DNA of 64,000 nucleotides from Neptunomonas sp. GTDB taxonomy: Bacteria; Pseudomonadota; Gammaproteobacteria; Pseudomonadales; Balneatricaceae. A program made the translations under genes and the position numbers. Location of the stretch: assembly GCF_016744175.1 (NCBI RefSeq), contig NZ_JADGEV010000013.1, positions 25,077 through 89,076 of the forward strand, given 5' to 3'. The notes under the pieces are model-generated. The model did no database searches, was not told the DNA's origin, and saw only the letters and a program-made list of their open reading frames with translations. Numbering within the stretch: position 1 is the stretch's first letter; every line of letters starts with the position of its first letter. Positions 9,577 to 19,374 of the stretch are shown here, in pieces.

Positions 9577-10065
9577 ATGCTATTTATAAAAATGATTTTC
9601 TTCTTTTCCTTTATTCGGAAAATTCTAATGCATAGCTTTTTCACTCAACAGCGAACTATCCCTGTCAAGCGTTGGCTAAGTATTGGGTTGAGGTGTCTGC
9701 ACTTAGTGGGTATTTGTGGCCTGTCGGGAGCCTACCTGTTTTCTTTGCCTGAGTCTGAATGGTATGGATACTTGCTAGTAACATTAGTCAGTGGCTTCTT
9801 GATGATGTTTAAAGAGATTTATCAAGATACTATCTGCCTGTTGCAGTTGCGTGGGCAAGTGATCTTATTAAAAATCGCATTATTAGGTTTGGCTGCGACC
9901 TTCTTTCCAGAGATGGACCGGTTAGTGTTTATAGTAGTTATAGTGATTTCAGGTGTCATTGCGCATGCGCCGGGCAAATTACGATATTATTCGGTCTGGC
10001 ATCGTTCTGTATTAACGCATGAAGTGCTATTGGGTTCTGATGTCGACAATAATAGCCATAAATAA
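9577..10065 (+). CDS. hypothetical 4-TM membrane protein
   Basis: The ORF has four hydrophobic segments. Its TAA stop is directly followed by the GTG start of ung. The true start is uncertain (ATG at 9577, 9592 or 9628). No family recognised. Confidence 0.45.
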   Translation: MLFIKMIFFFSFIRKILMHSFFTQQRTIPVKRWLSIGLRCLHLVGICGLSGAYLFSLPESEWYGYLLVTLVSGFLMMFKEIYQDTICLLQLRGQVILLKIALLGLAATFFPEMDRLVFIVVIVISGVIAHAPGKLRYYSVWHRSVLTHEVLLGSDVDNNSHK

Positions 10066-10755
10066 GTGAGCATCGTGTTAGAAATACCTACTAGTTGGCG
10101 ACCGTATTTAGCTGATGAGTTTGACGCTTTGTATATGCAAGAACTGCAAAAGTTTTTGCAGCTAGAAAAGCCGCACAATGTAATTTTTCCACCAGAAGAG
10201 CATTGGTTACACGCCTTACAAGCTACACCGCTGAATAAAGTCAAAGTCGTAATCATTGGCCAGGATCCATATCATCAACAAGGGCAGGCTCATGGCCTCA
10301 GCTTTTCAGTTAAACCAGGTGTTAAAATCCCGCCTTCGTTGCTTAATATTTACAAGGAGCTAGAGAGCGATTTGGCTATCCCTCGTGCTAATCACGGGTA
10401 TCTAGAAAGCTGGGCAAAGCAAGGTGTGCTGTTGCTTAACGCGGTGCTGACAGTCAACGATTCATGCCCCGCCTCGCACCAAGGAAAAGGCTGGGAGCAG
10501 TTTACAGATAAAGTAATTGATGTGGTGAATAGAGAGTGTGATCACGTTGTTTTTTTACTTTGGGGCAGTTATGCACAGAAAAAAGGCACAGTAATTGACG
10601 GTACACGTCATTTGGTTTTGGAAGCGCCTCACCCATCGCCGTTAGCGGCTTATCGTGGTTTTTTTGGTTGTTGTCATTTCAGTCAAGCGAATACTTATTT
10701 GTTGAAGGAAGGCAGAGGCCAGATAAATTGGGCTTTGCCTGATATTAGTAAATAG
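10066..10755 (+). CDS. ung: uracil-DNA glycosylase
   Basis: GQDPYH water-activating loop, HPSPL(A/S) motif, ~229 aa. GTG start. Confidence 0.95.
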   Translation: MSIVLEIPTSWRPYLADEFDALYMQELQKFLQLEKPHNVIFPPEEHWLHALQATPLNKVKVVIIGQDPYHQQGQAHGLSFSVKPGVKIPPSLLNIYKELESDLAIPRANHGYLESWAKQGVLLLNAVLTVNDSCPASHQGKGWEQFTDKVIDVVNRECDHVVFLLWGSYAQKKGTVIDGTRHLVLEAPHPSPLAAYRGFFGCCHFSQANTYLLKEGRGQINWALPDISK

Positions 10756-10819
10756 CAGGTAAGGGGTAAGTGTTGAAAAACCAGTTAGCCTAATGCTGAC
10801 GATGGTTTGATTCTCAAAT

Positions 10820-10843
10820 AAAACGGCCTTTATGGCCGTTTTT
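10820..10843 (+). terminator. Rho-independent terminator after ung
   Basis: acggcc-tttat-ggccgt stem followed by ttttt. Confidence 0.75.
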
Positions 10844-10959
10844 GCATTTTAGGTCATAGTGGGTATACGACGAGTAAAAAGATCTACTTGGATGCTTTAT
10901 TGATATGGGCTATCATATAAATAGTGATTTACTTAATTTTTTAGATAGTGAGTATTTAT

Positions 10960-11679
10960 ATGGCTAGAGTGTCTAAGGAAAAGCAAGAAGAAATCCGTCG
11001 TCTAATTATTCATACCGCGGTCGAAATGTTTTCCGAAAAAGGGTTTGATTCGACCACTATGAAGCAAATTGCACGAGAAGTAGGTATCGGCGATGCAACT
11101 ATCTATAAATATTTCTCTAGTAAAGATAAGCTCATTTTTGGTTACTATGGTTTGCGGGCAGAAGAAGCGGTAGAGAGCTTTACCCAAGAGTCCGATTTAG
11201 AGCGTTATTCGCTGCAGGAAAAAATTCAGCTTCTAATTGATATTTATCTTGAGAATCTTCTCCCTGATCGAGAGTTTGTGGCTGATAGTCTCCAAATGAT
11301 TATGCAGTCCCCCAGTGTATTATTTGAAGATGTGACTCCAGTTAGAAAAGAATTTGTTGGCTTGATCCACGATATGCTTACCGAAGCAGAGAAGTCGGGA
11401 GAGATTGAAAAATCCTCATTTACTGCTTATACCGCAAAGCTTACAAATGACTTTATTCTCGCGATATTACTCTATTGGGTTAAGGATGATTCTGATGAGT
11501 TTAGTAATACCACTCAGTTGGTGGACATGTCTTTATCTCTGGGTATAGAAATCCTTAAAACCGGTATAGTGAGCAAAATGACTGATTTGGTAGGCTTCTT
11601 CGTAAAAGCTCATTTGTTTAAGTTTATGGGAAGCGATTTTCTCAACAAAATGATTCTCGCAAAATCATTTTCACGATAG
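10960..11679 (+). CDS. TetR/AcrR-family transcriptional regulator
   Basis: N-terminal TetR HTH (AVEMFSEKGFDSTTMKQIAREVGIGDATIYKYFSSKDKL). ATG at 10960 preferred over the GTG at 10948. Confidence 0.88.
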   Translation: MARVSKEKQEEIRRLIIHTAVEMFSEKGFDSTTMKQIAREVGIGDATIYKYFSSKDKLIFGYYGLRAEEAVESFTQESDLERYSLQEKIQLLIDIYLENLLPDREFVADSLQMIMQSPSVLFEDVTPVRKEFVGLIHDMLTEAEKSGEIEKSSFTAYTAKLTNDFILAILLYWVKDDSDEFSNTTQLVDMSLSLGIEILKTGIVSKMTDLVGFFVKAHLFKFMGSDFLNKMILAKSFSR

Positions 11680-11688
11680 GGACATAAA

Positions 11689-13035
11689 ATGCCTACTGAA
11701 TCAGATATTCCCGTTTCCAAGTTAAAGAGAAGTGCGTTGACTGGCATGACCGCAGCAAGAGTCGGTATGAAACATGCGGGTTACAAAGCTAGATCAATGC
11801 TTATAAAACCCGAAAACAAGCAAGCCTCTAAGCTCCTTCATGAAGAACAAGTTGGTGATTTAGTTTTTTCAGTACTAACTCAACTTCGTGGGACGGCACT
11901 AAAAGTCTCACAGATATTGAGTATGGAGGCAAACATTCTTCCTACTCCTATTCGAGAAAAGCTAAAAGAGGCGTGTTATCAGGTGCCTCCAATTAATCGT
12001 GCTTTGGTTAGAAAACAATTAGTCCAGGAGCTGGGTAAGTCACCCAATGATCTTTTTCATCAGTTTGATAGTCATGCATTCGCTGCAGCGAGTATTGGGC
12101 AGGTTCATCGTGCTACCACTTATGATGGTGCTGATGTGGCGGTAAAAATTCAATACCCTGGTATTGCTTCTACTATAGAAAGCGACCTGAAAATAATAGA
12201 GACACTCTTTTCTGCACTTTCAAGAACCAGTGACTTGTTGCCTCAAAGAAATGTTCTATCGATAATGATGGACGAAATGCAAGATCGGTTAAGAGAAGAA
12301 GTTAATTATCATGTAGAAGCGGATAACATTAAATGGTTTAAAGGTAATGTTGTGTTAGCCGGAGTGACCATCCCTAGTGTTGTGGATGAGCTATCTAGCA
12401 AAAGAGTCTTGACCCTAGAAATGTTAGAAGGTTTGCACGTAACTGAGTGGCTCGCCACTAGCCCTTCACAGCAACAAAGAAATCGAGTGGGGCAACAATT
12501 ATTTGATTATTTTTGGTATTGTGTTTTCGACTTGAAACGAATTAATGCTGACCTTCACCCCGGAAATTTTCTTATCTTGAAAGACGAAAATCTAGGCGCT
12601 CTGGATTTTGGATGCGTGCGCAGTTTAGACAAAGATTTTATAGCGGCCTTTGTAAACTTAATTCCGGCCTTAGTAGAAACCTTTCATAATGGGCGAAATA
12701 CTGAACAACTACTCATAGTCTATCAGTCGCTCAAAGTGATATCAGATGAGATGACTTTGGAGCAGTTTGAAAGCGATGTATTACCTTCCATTGAACCCTT
12801 CGGACGGTGGCTTTGCGAAGCTTATGTTGGAGATGAGTTTGACTTTAGTTTGAAACAAGCCTGTCCTGGAAAGCCATCTGAAGATAGTCGTAAACTAGTT
12901 AAGCTTTTGAATGGTTTTTATCATGAGCAACTGTGTTTTGATCGAGCACACCTTGGACTAATGAATTTGCTCACAGACATTGGTGCGGTTGTTAAAACCG
13001 ATTGGGTGCGCTTTTGTCAAAATAAAGCGGTTTAG
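11689..13035 (+). CDS. ABC1/AarF/UbiB-family atypical protein kinase
   Basis: ABC1 signature (FD..AFAAASIGQVHRA....G..VAVKIQYPGI) and kinase-like DLHPGNF and DFG motifs. Starts 9 nt after the TetR stop. Confidence 0.85.
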   Translation: MPTESDIPVSKLKRSALTGMTAARVGMKHAGYKARSMLIKPENKQASKLLHEEQVGDLVFSVLTQLRGTALKVSQILSMEANILPTPIREKLKEACYQVPPINRALVRKQLVQELGKSPNDLFHQFDSHAFAAASIGQVHRATTYDGADVAVKIQYPGIASTIESDLKIIETLFSALSRTSDLLPQRNVLSIMMDEMQDRLREEVNYHVEADNIKWFKGNVVLAGVTIPSVVDELSSKRVLTLEMLEGLHVTEWLATSPSQQQRNRVGQQLFDYFWYCVFDLKRINADLHPGNFLILKDENLGALDFGCVRSLDKDFIAAFVNLIPALVETFHNGRNTEQLLIVYQSLKVISDEMTLEQFESDVLPSIEPFGRWLCEAYVGDEFDFSLKQACPGKPSEDSRKLVKLLNGFYHEQLCFDRAHLGLMNLLTDIGAVVKTDWVRFCQNKAV

Positions 13036-13099
13036 TTTTCATCGCTAAGTTTTTTTTGGGCAATTACCGGTGGTGGGGCTCACACACCGGTTACGCTAA

Positions 13100-14131
13100 T
13101 TATCTTTTCGATTCAAATAGCTCAGGATCTAGCTCGTAAGGCAGAGACAGTAGTTGTAATTCAGGGCCTAACGTATCAGTTAGATGAATAGCGTGCTCGT
13201 CAGCTTGTGTCTTATTTATCACGGCTAATAACGTTGCTTCACCCTCATCAGACCAACTTGCAAGTACAACCTGCCCTACATTGTTTTTATTAATGCTATG
13301 TAATTGGTCACCTGCGTTGGGTAGCTCAGCTGTTTTTACCTGCGCGAGGTACATAGGTTTGGTCAATTTCCCACGATGCTGTAGGCGTGTCACTATCTCT
13401 TGGCCGGTGTAGCAGCCCTTGGTGAAGCTGACTCCTTTAAGTGCTTGAAGGTTTGTCATTTGTGGGATGAACGTTTCTAGCGTAGCGCTACGCAAGTCAG
13501 GAATACCCGCCTGTATTTCTGCAAGAATCCACTCTTGAGTTGTGCCTAGAGGAGCGAGGCGTGTGAGCTGTGCTAATACTGCTTCGGCTTCGTCTGCCGG
13601 TAGCCAAAGTTCGTAACGGTCGCCAGGAACCTTAATAGCTATCATATTACCGGCGTGAATGGCTTTATCGGTTTCAGAAGGAAGTTTATCAAAAAGCTTT
13701 TCAACTAACGTGCCGGCGCCGGGTCCTATAAGTCCGAACCCAATGATGTTCTCGCTTTGATCTTCTGCTTCTGCTTTAGAGAACATGATGTACTTTTTAA
13801 GGTTTTTTAGTCCACCTTCTAGCATATCTTGATGAGTTCGCAGCCAGAAACCGCCTTCAGTTGAAATTACACGATACAGCGCTAACATGCCTCCTTTGAT
13901 ATTACAGTGGGCACCCAAACGGCTTCCTAAATCGCTAACATCACTCATGTCGCAGGTGAGTTGGCCTTGGAGAAATTTTTCTGCTTCAGGGCCTAAAACG
14001 CTAATTGCTTTGTCATGAACAAGTGGGACTATACATGTTTGGCTATCATGATCTGCAACCGTGATTACCTCGTCGCCTTGCTCAGAAAGGGTGACTTGAT
14101 ATGTATGCAATAGTGTTTGCCATTGGCTCAT
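13100..14131 (-). CDS. ygfZ: folate-binding tRNA-modification / Fe-S repair protein YgfZ
   Basis: Family-defining KGCYTGQEIV motif and GcvT-like fold length (343 aa). Confidence 0.88.
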   Translation of the reverse strand: MSQWQTLLHTYQVTLSEQGDEVITVADHDSQTCIVPLVHDKAISVLGPEAEKFLQGQLTCDMSDVSDLGSRLGAHCNIKGGMLALYRVISTEGGFWLRTHQDMLEGGLKNLKKYIMFSKAEAEDQSENIIGFGLIGPGAGTLVEKLFDKLPSETDKAIHAGNMIAIKVPGDRYELWLPADEAEAVLAQLTRLAPLGTTQEWILAEIQAGIPDLRSATLETFIPQMTNLQALKGVSFTKGCYTGQEIVTRLQHRGKLTKPMYLAQVKTAELPNAGDQLHSINKNNVGQVVLASWSDEGEATLLAVINKTQADEHAIHLTDTLGPELQLLSLPYELDPELFESKR

Positions 14132-14158
14132 TGTGTCTATCCTGTGTAATCGGGTGCG

Positions 14159-15016
14159 CTATTGGTGAGTAGCTATTTTTTCGCCAAGGTTTACAGCTGA
14201 TTCGGCTTTCAATGTGTCTATCCACTCAATAGCATTAGGGCCAAATAATAAAACCACAGTTGAACCTAGCTTAAAGCGTCCCATCTCATCACCTTTTTCT
14301 AGTGTGATAGGTGCTTTAGGTTCAGGAGAATAGGGGGTTCGCACTGTTTGTCGTAACATCGGCGCTACTTGCCCACCCCATACGGTTTCAATACCGGCAA
14401 CAATCATGGCGCCAACTAATATCATCGCCATGGGACCGGCTTCTGTATCAAATATCGCGACTAGCCGCTCATTACGAGCGAACAGCTGGTCTACATTTTC
14501 TGCTGTTGTCTGGTTAACCGAAAACAAGTCACCAGGTACATAAATTGTTTCGCGTAGCGTGCCTTTGAAGGGCATATGTACACGATGATAGTCTCTCGGT
14601 GATAAGTATATGGTGGCAAAATAACCATTTTTAAAGGGGGTTGCGAGTTCTTCGTACCCGCCAAGCAGTGTGGTTAAGCCATAGCCTCTACCTTTTGCTT
14701 GGAAAATCCTTCCGTGTTCAATGGCACCCATCTGGCTAATAGCTCCATCTGCTGGTGATACAATAGCAGTAGCTTCTTGGTTTATCTCTCGGCTGCCAGG
14801 CTTTAGCTCACGCGTGAAAAAAGCATTAAAAGAGGGGTAGGCTGTTGGCTCTTCAATTAAGGCCTCTGCCATATTGATACGGTATTTTTTCGCAAACCAA
14901 CTTATGAATCGGTTTTTAACCCAAGGGTTTGTACAGTCAGCAACGCGACCCGCCAAACGAGATAGTAAATGTTGTGGAACGACGTGTTGAAAGAGAATAA
15001 AAAGTTGCTGCTTCAC
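14159..15016 (-). CDS. psd: phosphatidylserine decarboxylase proenzyme
   Basis: Self-cleavage LGSTV motif near the C-terminus, plus FFTREL and YHR.H motifs. GTG at 15016 has GGAG 6 nt upstream and avoids the 37-nt overlap with the rhodanese gene that the ORF-track ATG (15085) would create. Confidence 0.9.
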   Translation of the reverse strand: MKQQLFILFQHVVPQHLLSRLAGRVADCTNPWVKNRFISWFAKKYRINMAEALIEEPTAYPSFNAFFTRELKPGSREINQEATAIVSPADGAISQMGAIEHGRIFQAKGRGYGLTTLLGGYEELATPFKNGYFATIYLSPRDYHRVHMPFKGTLRETIYVPGDLFSVNQTTAENVDQLFARNERLVAIFDTEAGPMAMILVGAMIVAGIETVWGGQVAPMLRQTVRTPYSPEPKAPITLEKGDEMGRFKLGSTVVLLFGPNAIEWIDTLKAESAVNLGEKIATHQ

Positions 15017-15048
15017 CAAAAACTCCAAAAAATAACGATAGAATATGT

Positions 15049-15861
15049 TTATATTTCGACGGGTGTATCTTCTGCATTTCCCCATTCGAACCAGGAGCCG
15101 TCATAGCATTTGATTTTCTTCAGCCCTGCGTGGAGTGCTGCAATATAGGTGAGGCCTGACCTGCGATGAGTTTGGCAGTGAGTGATGACTGTTTTTTCAG
15201 GATCAATGCCAGCACTCATAATCATCTTCATTAATGTCTCAGGTGAAGCTAGTACAGGTGGTTCTTGTTGGATTAAGGTATCGGTCCATTCGAGCCACTG
15301 TGCGCCAGGAATATGCCCCCCTTTAGCGGCATTAACAATACGCTCACCGGTATATTCTGCATGAGACCTTGCATCCCAAATAGAAATATCAGAGGTTTTT
15401 ATATGTGTTAATAAATACTCTTTATCTGCTATTAGCTCGCTAGAGGCTGATACTGTTAGTGAGGAGGGTATCGCTGGGTTGTTTGTTTGTTCTGTGGCAT
15501 AGCCCGCAGTAGTCCATGCAGACAGGTGCCCATTAAGAAAGGAAGTGTTTGTTAGCCCGACACAATGCATGCTCCAGATAAAGCGTCCTGCTAAAGGGCC
15601 ATTTTGATCATCGTATACGACGACATGACTTCTGTGTGTAATGCCAATGTCCGAAAATAATTCTGAGAGCTGTTGATCGCTCGGTAGTTTGTTGGCCACG
15701 GGAGCTGTGCCACGCAATAAGCGATTCGCATCTACCCAGATAGCCCCTTGGATATGTTGTAGTGAGTAGTTATCGTGCGAAGAAAGATCAAGAACAATCA
15801 GGTCTTCTTTGCCAATAACAGAAGAAAGCTGGGCTGGGTTAATAACCAGAGGGAGAAGCAT
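15049..15861 (-). CDS. two-domain rhodanese (thiosulfate / 3-mercaptopyruvate sulfurtransferase)
   Basis: 270 aa with a tandem rhodanese fold and the active-site loop CQTHRRSG in the C-terminal domain. The rhodanese-psd order matches P. aeruginosa rhdA-psd. Confidence 0.85.
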   Translation of the reverse strand: MLLPLVINPAQLSSVIGKEDLIVLDLSSHDNYSLQHIQGAIWVDANRLLRGTAPVANKLPSDQQLSELFSDIGITHRSHVVVYDDQNGPLAGRFIWSMHCVGLTNTSFLNGHLSAWTTAGYATEQTNNPAIPSSLTVSASSELIADKEYLLTHIKTSDISIWDARSHAEYTGERIVNAAKGGHIPGAQWLEWTDTLIQQEPPVLASPETLMKMIMSAGIDPEKTVITHCQTHRRSGLTYIAALHAGLKKIKCYDGSWFEWGNAEDTPVEI

Positions 15862-15936
15862 AGTTGTCTCTCACATGAATGCCGGAAATCGATCATAACG
15901 ATTTGTGCGTGATGGCTCAATCTGAAAAATTGTTTT

Positions 15937-17592
15937 TTACATGCGTTTTAGTGCTAACGTTGCTGCCGTGCAGAGATATCTAAAGCGCTGGTGGTGGAAT
16001 TCTGTAAAAGGTAAGCCCGCATCTCCTGAATCAGCATAGATAACAGCGACGGGTACTTTTCCTTTGAAAATTGACATCATTAGGCTGTCGTTTTCGGGTA
16101 GCTGAGCACTATAAGCATCCGGCATTAGCTTAATATATTGATGTTTATTCTCTTTGGTAATCCAGATGCAAGCAGGTTTGTCGCAGAGCTTTTTAAATAT
16201 GCTTGGGATTTGTAAATCAATTTCGTAACTGGCAAAAGGGTGCTCTTTTTCTATACCGACTACTTGTGCGGCTCTCATCTTATGACTTTTTGTATTGACT
16301 AAGTTTAATGCAATACGTTTTAAGCCTAAGCCCTGAATCAATCCCTGCATCAGTCCTTGCAGGATATGCGCTGGTTTAGTGTACAAGTGATAGTCTTTCA
16401 AAAAGCGTTCGACAATTTGTTTGTAGATTTCTTCATCTACCAGTTTTTCAGGTACGTTGGTTTGCACCTGTGCTGCAGGCTTTATTTTAACGGGTACCTT
16501 TTTCTGCTTAGGCTTTGGTTTTTCTGGCGTAGGGTACTTGGTTGTGAGGAGCTCTAATTCGCGTTTGCCCAGCTTATAGTTATTTGGATATGACGATGAA
16601 ATCATAAGCATTTCAGCGGCTGGAGCGAGTGTTCCTGGTGCATGATACTCTCGTGATGCATCCGCACATAACGTATGTAAAAGTGCTAGTGTTGAGTCCG
16701 TATCTAAATTTAAATAATCACTGATAATATCAGTTGTTTTTATATTGCGGGTTGTTCGCCAGCCCCGGCTAACAATCAAGGAAAGCCAATTGGCTAGCTT
16801 TATTGGGAAATGGCGTTCTTGTGTTAGGTGGTTGAGTTCACGTAGTTCTTCTTCGCTTAAGCGTGGGTCAGATAAGGCACGTTGGTGTAATTTGGCTAAC
16901 AGTCCTTTAGAGGGAGATGTATCGGGGTCTTGCGCTTGTAAAGTTAGCTCGGAGAAACCCCATTGTTCAGATAGTCCCATGGATATCTGTTGCATGGTGC
17001 AGCCAAGAATATCGTGTTCAGCGAGTGTTGGGTCAATATCTTCTTCCCATATTTTTATACGCACCTGATGCATGTGTAGAGGTGCATTTAACCATAGAGC
17101 CCATAAGCCGATACTATAAAATAAGGACGCTAAGTAGACCTCTTCGGTAAATGGGAGTCGTTTCATTTGTTGCCATGTGCGCGCCTGCACCGCTGCATGA
17201 TGACTATTAGCAACCGTACGTAGGTATTGCTTTTGTTGCACGCTAGAGGGGTTGAGCTTCACGGGTTGTAGTGATTTTGCTAACTGCGTTAGAGGGTCTA
17301 TGCCTAGGGATGATACCGCATGTTCAATACTGGTGACGTGTGAACCTTTTGCCGCATGTACCTTTTCAGCAGCTCTTACAACATGTAAACACAGAACTGG
17401 ATCAGATCGAACCAATGCTGTTAGGTGGCTGATCATGGTGGAATCTTTACCAAGCAATATTTTCAAGCGTTTTAGGCTGCTGGCACGAACAGGAAAGGGT
17501 TTATCTTTAAGGTAATCGACCCAAGCATCGACACCATAGAGGATTTCACTCTCTTCTTCCGTTTCCTGAATCTGTGCCTGCTCTTCCATCAT
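15937..17592 (-). CDS. HDOD-domain signalling protein with a C-terminal GAF-like region
   Basis: N-terminal ~230 aa show the HDOD pattern (DP.L...V.R.A..., AV..LG, HD.LG....S..L...WGF). A basic K/P linker follows, then a ~170-aa C-terminal domain. Confidence 0.7.
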   Translation of the reverse strand: MMEEQAQIQETEEESEILYGVDAWVDYLKDKPFPVRASSLKRLKILLGKDSTMISHLTALVRSDPVLCLHVVRAAEKVHAAKGSHVTSIEHAVSSLGIDPLTQLAKSLQPVKLNPSSVQQKQYLRTVANSHHAAVQARTWQQMKRLPFTEEVYLASLFYSIGLWALWLNAPLHMHQVRIKIWEEDIDPTLAEHDILGCTMQQISMGLSEQWGFSELTLQAQDPDTSPSKGLLAKLHQRALSDPRLSEEELRELNHLTQERHFPIKLANWLSLIVSRGWRTTRNIKTTDIISDYLNLDTDSTLALLHTLCADASREYHAPGTLAPAAEMLMISSSYPNNYKLGKRELELLTTKYPTPEKPKPKQKKVPVKIKPAAQVQTNVPEKLVDEEIYKQIVERFLKDYHLYTKPAHILQGLMQGLIQGLGLKRIALNLVNTKSHKMRAAQVVGIEKEHPFASYEIDLQIPSIFKKLCDKPACIWITKENKHQYIKLMPDAYSAQLPENDSLMMSIFKGKVPVAVIYADSGDAGLPFTEFHHQRFRYLCTAATLALKRM

Positions 17593-17639
17593 AACTCTCT
17601 TTGTTATTGCCTAAAAAAGCGATGCTGAATGGGGCTGAT

Positions 17640-18665
17640 TTATCCCTGTTCCAGCAGCGACCCTAAAATACGTTGATAACTTTCCATACGGCTAGCGCTG
17701 ACGTCACCGTTCTCGATAGCACCCAGTATAGCGCATCCAGGCTCTTGGTCATGTTTGCAGTCTCTGAACTTGCAATGGCCTATAAAAGGGCGAAACTCAA
17801 CAAAGCCATCAAGTAGCTTATCTGGTTTAATGTGCCAAAGAGCAAACTCTCTTATTCCTGGCGAGTCGATAAGATCGCCTCCTTTAGGGAAATGAAATAA
17901 GCGCGCTGTTGTCGTTGTGTGCTTTCCTTTTCGAGATAGTTCCGAAAGTTCACCTACCTTTATGTCGACACCTGGCAGCAATACATTAATTAAAGATGAC
18001 TTGCCGACACCTGATTGACCCACAAAAACGCTAATTTTCCCGTCCAGTTCAGCCAGTAAGGGATCGAGTCCTTGTTCTAGTGTTGTAGAAGCCATCAGCA
18101 CTCGGTAGCCAATTTTGCGATACCTAGCTAAAAGGTCTTCCATTTCCTGCTGATTCTCTTCAGTGATCAAATCAGCTTTATTCAATAGTAAAACAGGTTC
18201 TATATCACTTAGCTCAGCAGCAACTAAGTAACGGTCGATCAAGTTAGCGAAGGGTGTTGGTTCTACAGCAAAGGTGATGATGAGTCGGTCAATATTAGCC
18301 GCAACAGGCTTTAGTTCGCCATGGTTAGTTGGGCGAATTAGTTCGCTAATGCGGGGAAGAGCGGCTACAACAACACCATGCTCAAGGCCTGCGCGCCAGA
18401 CGACTTTATCTCCTGTGACGAGTTGCCCTAGATGAGTTCGCAGGTGGCAGCGAAAGATCTGGCCGGCTTTTACGCCGTCGAGGGCTTCTACATCAACCTG
18501 CTTACCAAAGTGAGAAATGATAAGGCCTTGCTCTTCTGGCCCCAGATCTCCCCCTTCGAGTTGCTTCTCCACTTTGTTGTCTTTGCGTGCCGCACGATCA
18601 GCACGCTCTTGTTGTACTTTTTCTATACGCCATGCCTGACGGCGATTAACTTTACGTTTTGCCAT
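17640..18665 (-). CDS. rsgA: ribosome small-subunit-dependent GTPase A
   Basis: Circularly permuted GTPase (NKADL before [12 protein letters not shown]) and a C-terminal Zn knuckle ([15 protein letters not shown]). Confidence 0.95.
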   Translation of the reverse strand: MAKRKVNRRQAWRIEKVQQERADRAARKDNKVEKQLEGGDLGPEEQGLIISHFGKQVDVEALDGVKAGQIFRCHLRTHLGQLVTGDKVVWRAGLEHGVVVAALPRISELIRPTNHGELKPVAANIDRLIITFAVEPTPFANLIDRYLVAAELSDIEPVLLLNKADLITEENQQEMEDLLARYRKIGYRVLMASTTLEQGLDPLLAELDGKISVFVGQSGVGKSSLINVLLPGVDIKVGELSELSRKGKHTTTTARLFHFPKGGDLIDSPGIREFALWHIKPDKLLDGFVEFRPFIGHCKFRDCKHDQEPGCAILGAIENGDVSASRMESYQRILGSLLEQG

Positions 18666-18772
18666 TAAAAATAACTACCTGGTCATCTCACCGACATGTC
18701 GTGCTTCGTGGTAAGGTATTCTGAATTGTGAATCATTATAGAGTGCTATCAATTTAATTAAGAGGAATATAT

Positions 18773-19315
18773 ATGTCGCGTAAAGATAATCTCATCTGGA
18801 TCGATCTGGAAATGACCGGTTTAGATCCCGATACTGATTATATTATCGAGATAGCAACGATTGTGACGGATGCTAATCTTAATGTTTTAGCTGAAGGTCC
18901 TTCATTGGTTATTCATCAACCAGAAATGGTTATGGATAATATGAATGAGTGGTGTGTTAAGCAGCATGGTAAATCTGGGCTAACTCAACGGGTACATGAA
19001 AGCAATGTTACTGAGCGAGAAGCCGAGCAACAAACTATCGCTTTTATTGCGGAGTATGTAGATAAAGGTGCATCTCCGATTTGCGGGAATAGTATTGGAC
19101 AAGATCGTCGCTTTTTACATCGCTATATGCCTGAGCTGGAAAATTATTTTCACTATCGTAATCTAGATGTCAGCACTATAAAAGAGTTAGCGCGTCGCTG
19201 GAAGCCAGAACTATTAAGCAATTTCAAAAAACAAGGGTCGCATTTGGCCATGGATGATATTCGTGATTCTATTGCAGAGCTACAACATTATCGAGCTAAC
19301 TTTTTTAGGGAATAA
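18773..19315 (+). CDS. orn: oligoribonuclease
   Basis: 180 aa with a DEDDh exonuclease pattern ([35 protein letters not shown]). Divergent from rsgA, as in E. coli. Confidence 0.96.
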   Translation: MSRKDNLIWIDLEMTGLDPDTDYIIEIATIVTDANLNVLAEGPSLVIHQPEMVMDNMNEWCVKQHGKSGLTQRVHESNVTEREAEQQTIAFIAEYVDKGASPICGNSIGQDRRFLHRYMPELENYFHYRNLDVSTIKELARRWKPELLSNFKKQGSHLAMDDIRDSIAELQHYRANFFRE

Positions 19316-19374
19316 CTTGACCATTTTTTGCAGTAGATTAGGGTTGGGTGCTTTAAAGAGTCTGCATTCAGTGT

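Noticed and set aside
13066-13091. A hairpin (accggtg ... caccggt) lies between the convergent ABC1-kinase and ygfZ genes.
   Set aside because: The stem is only 7 bp with a 12-nt loop, and there is no clear U tract on either strand. It is not strong enough to list as a terminator.
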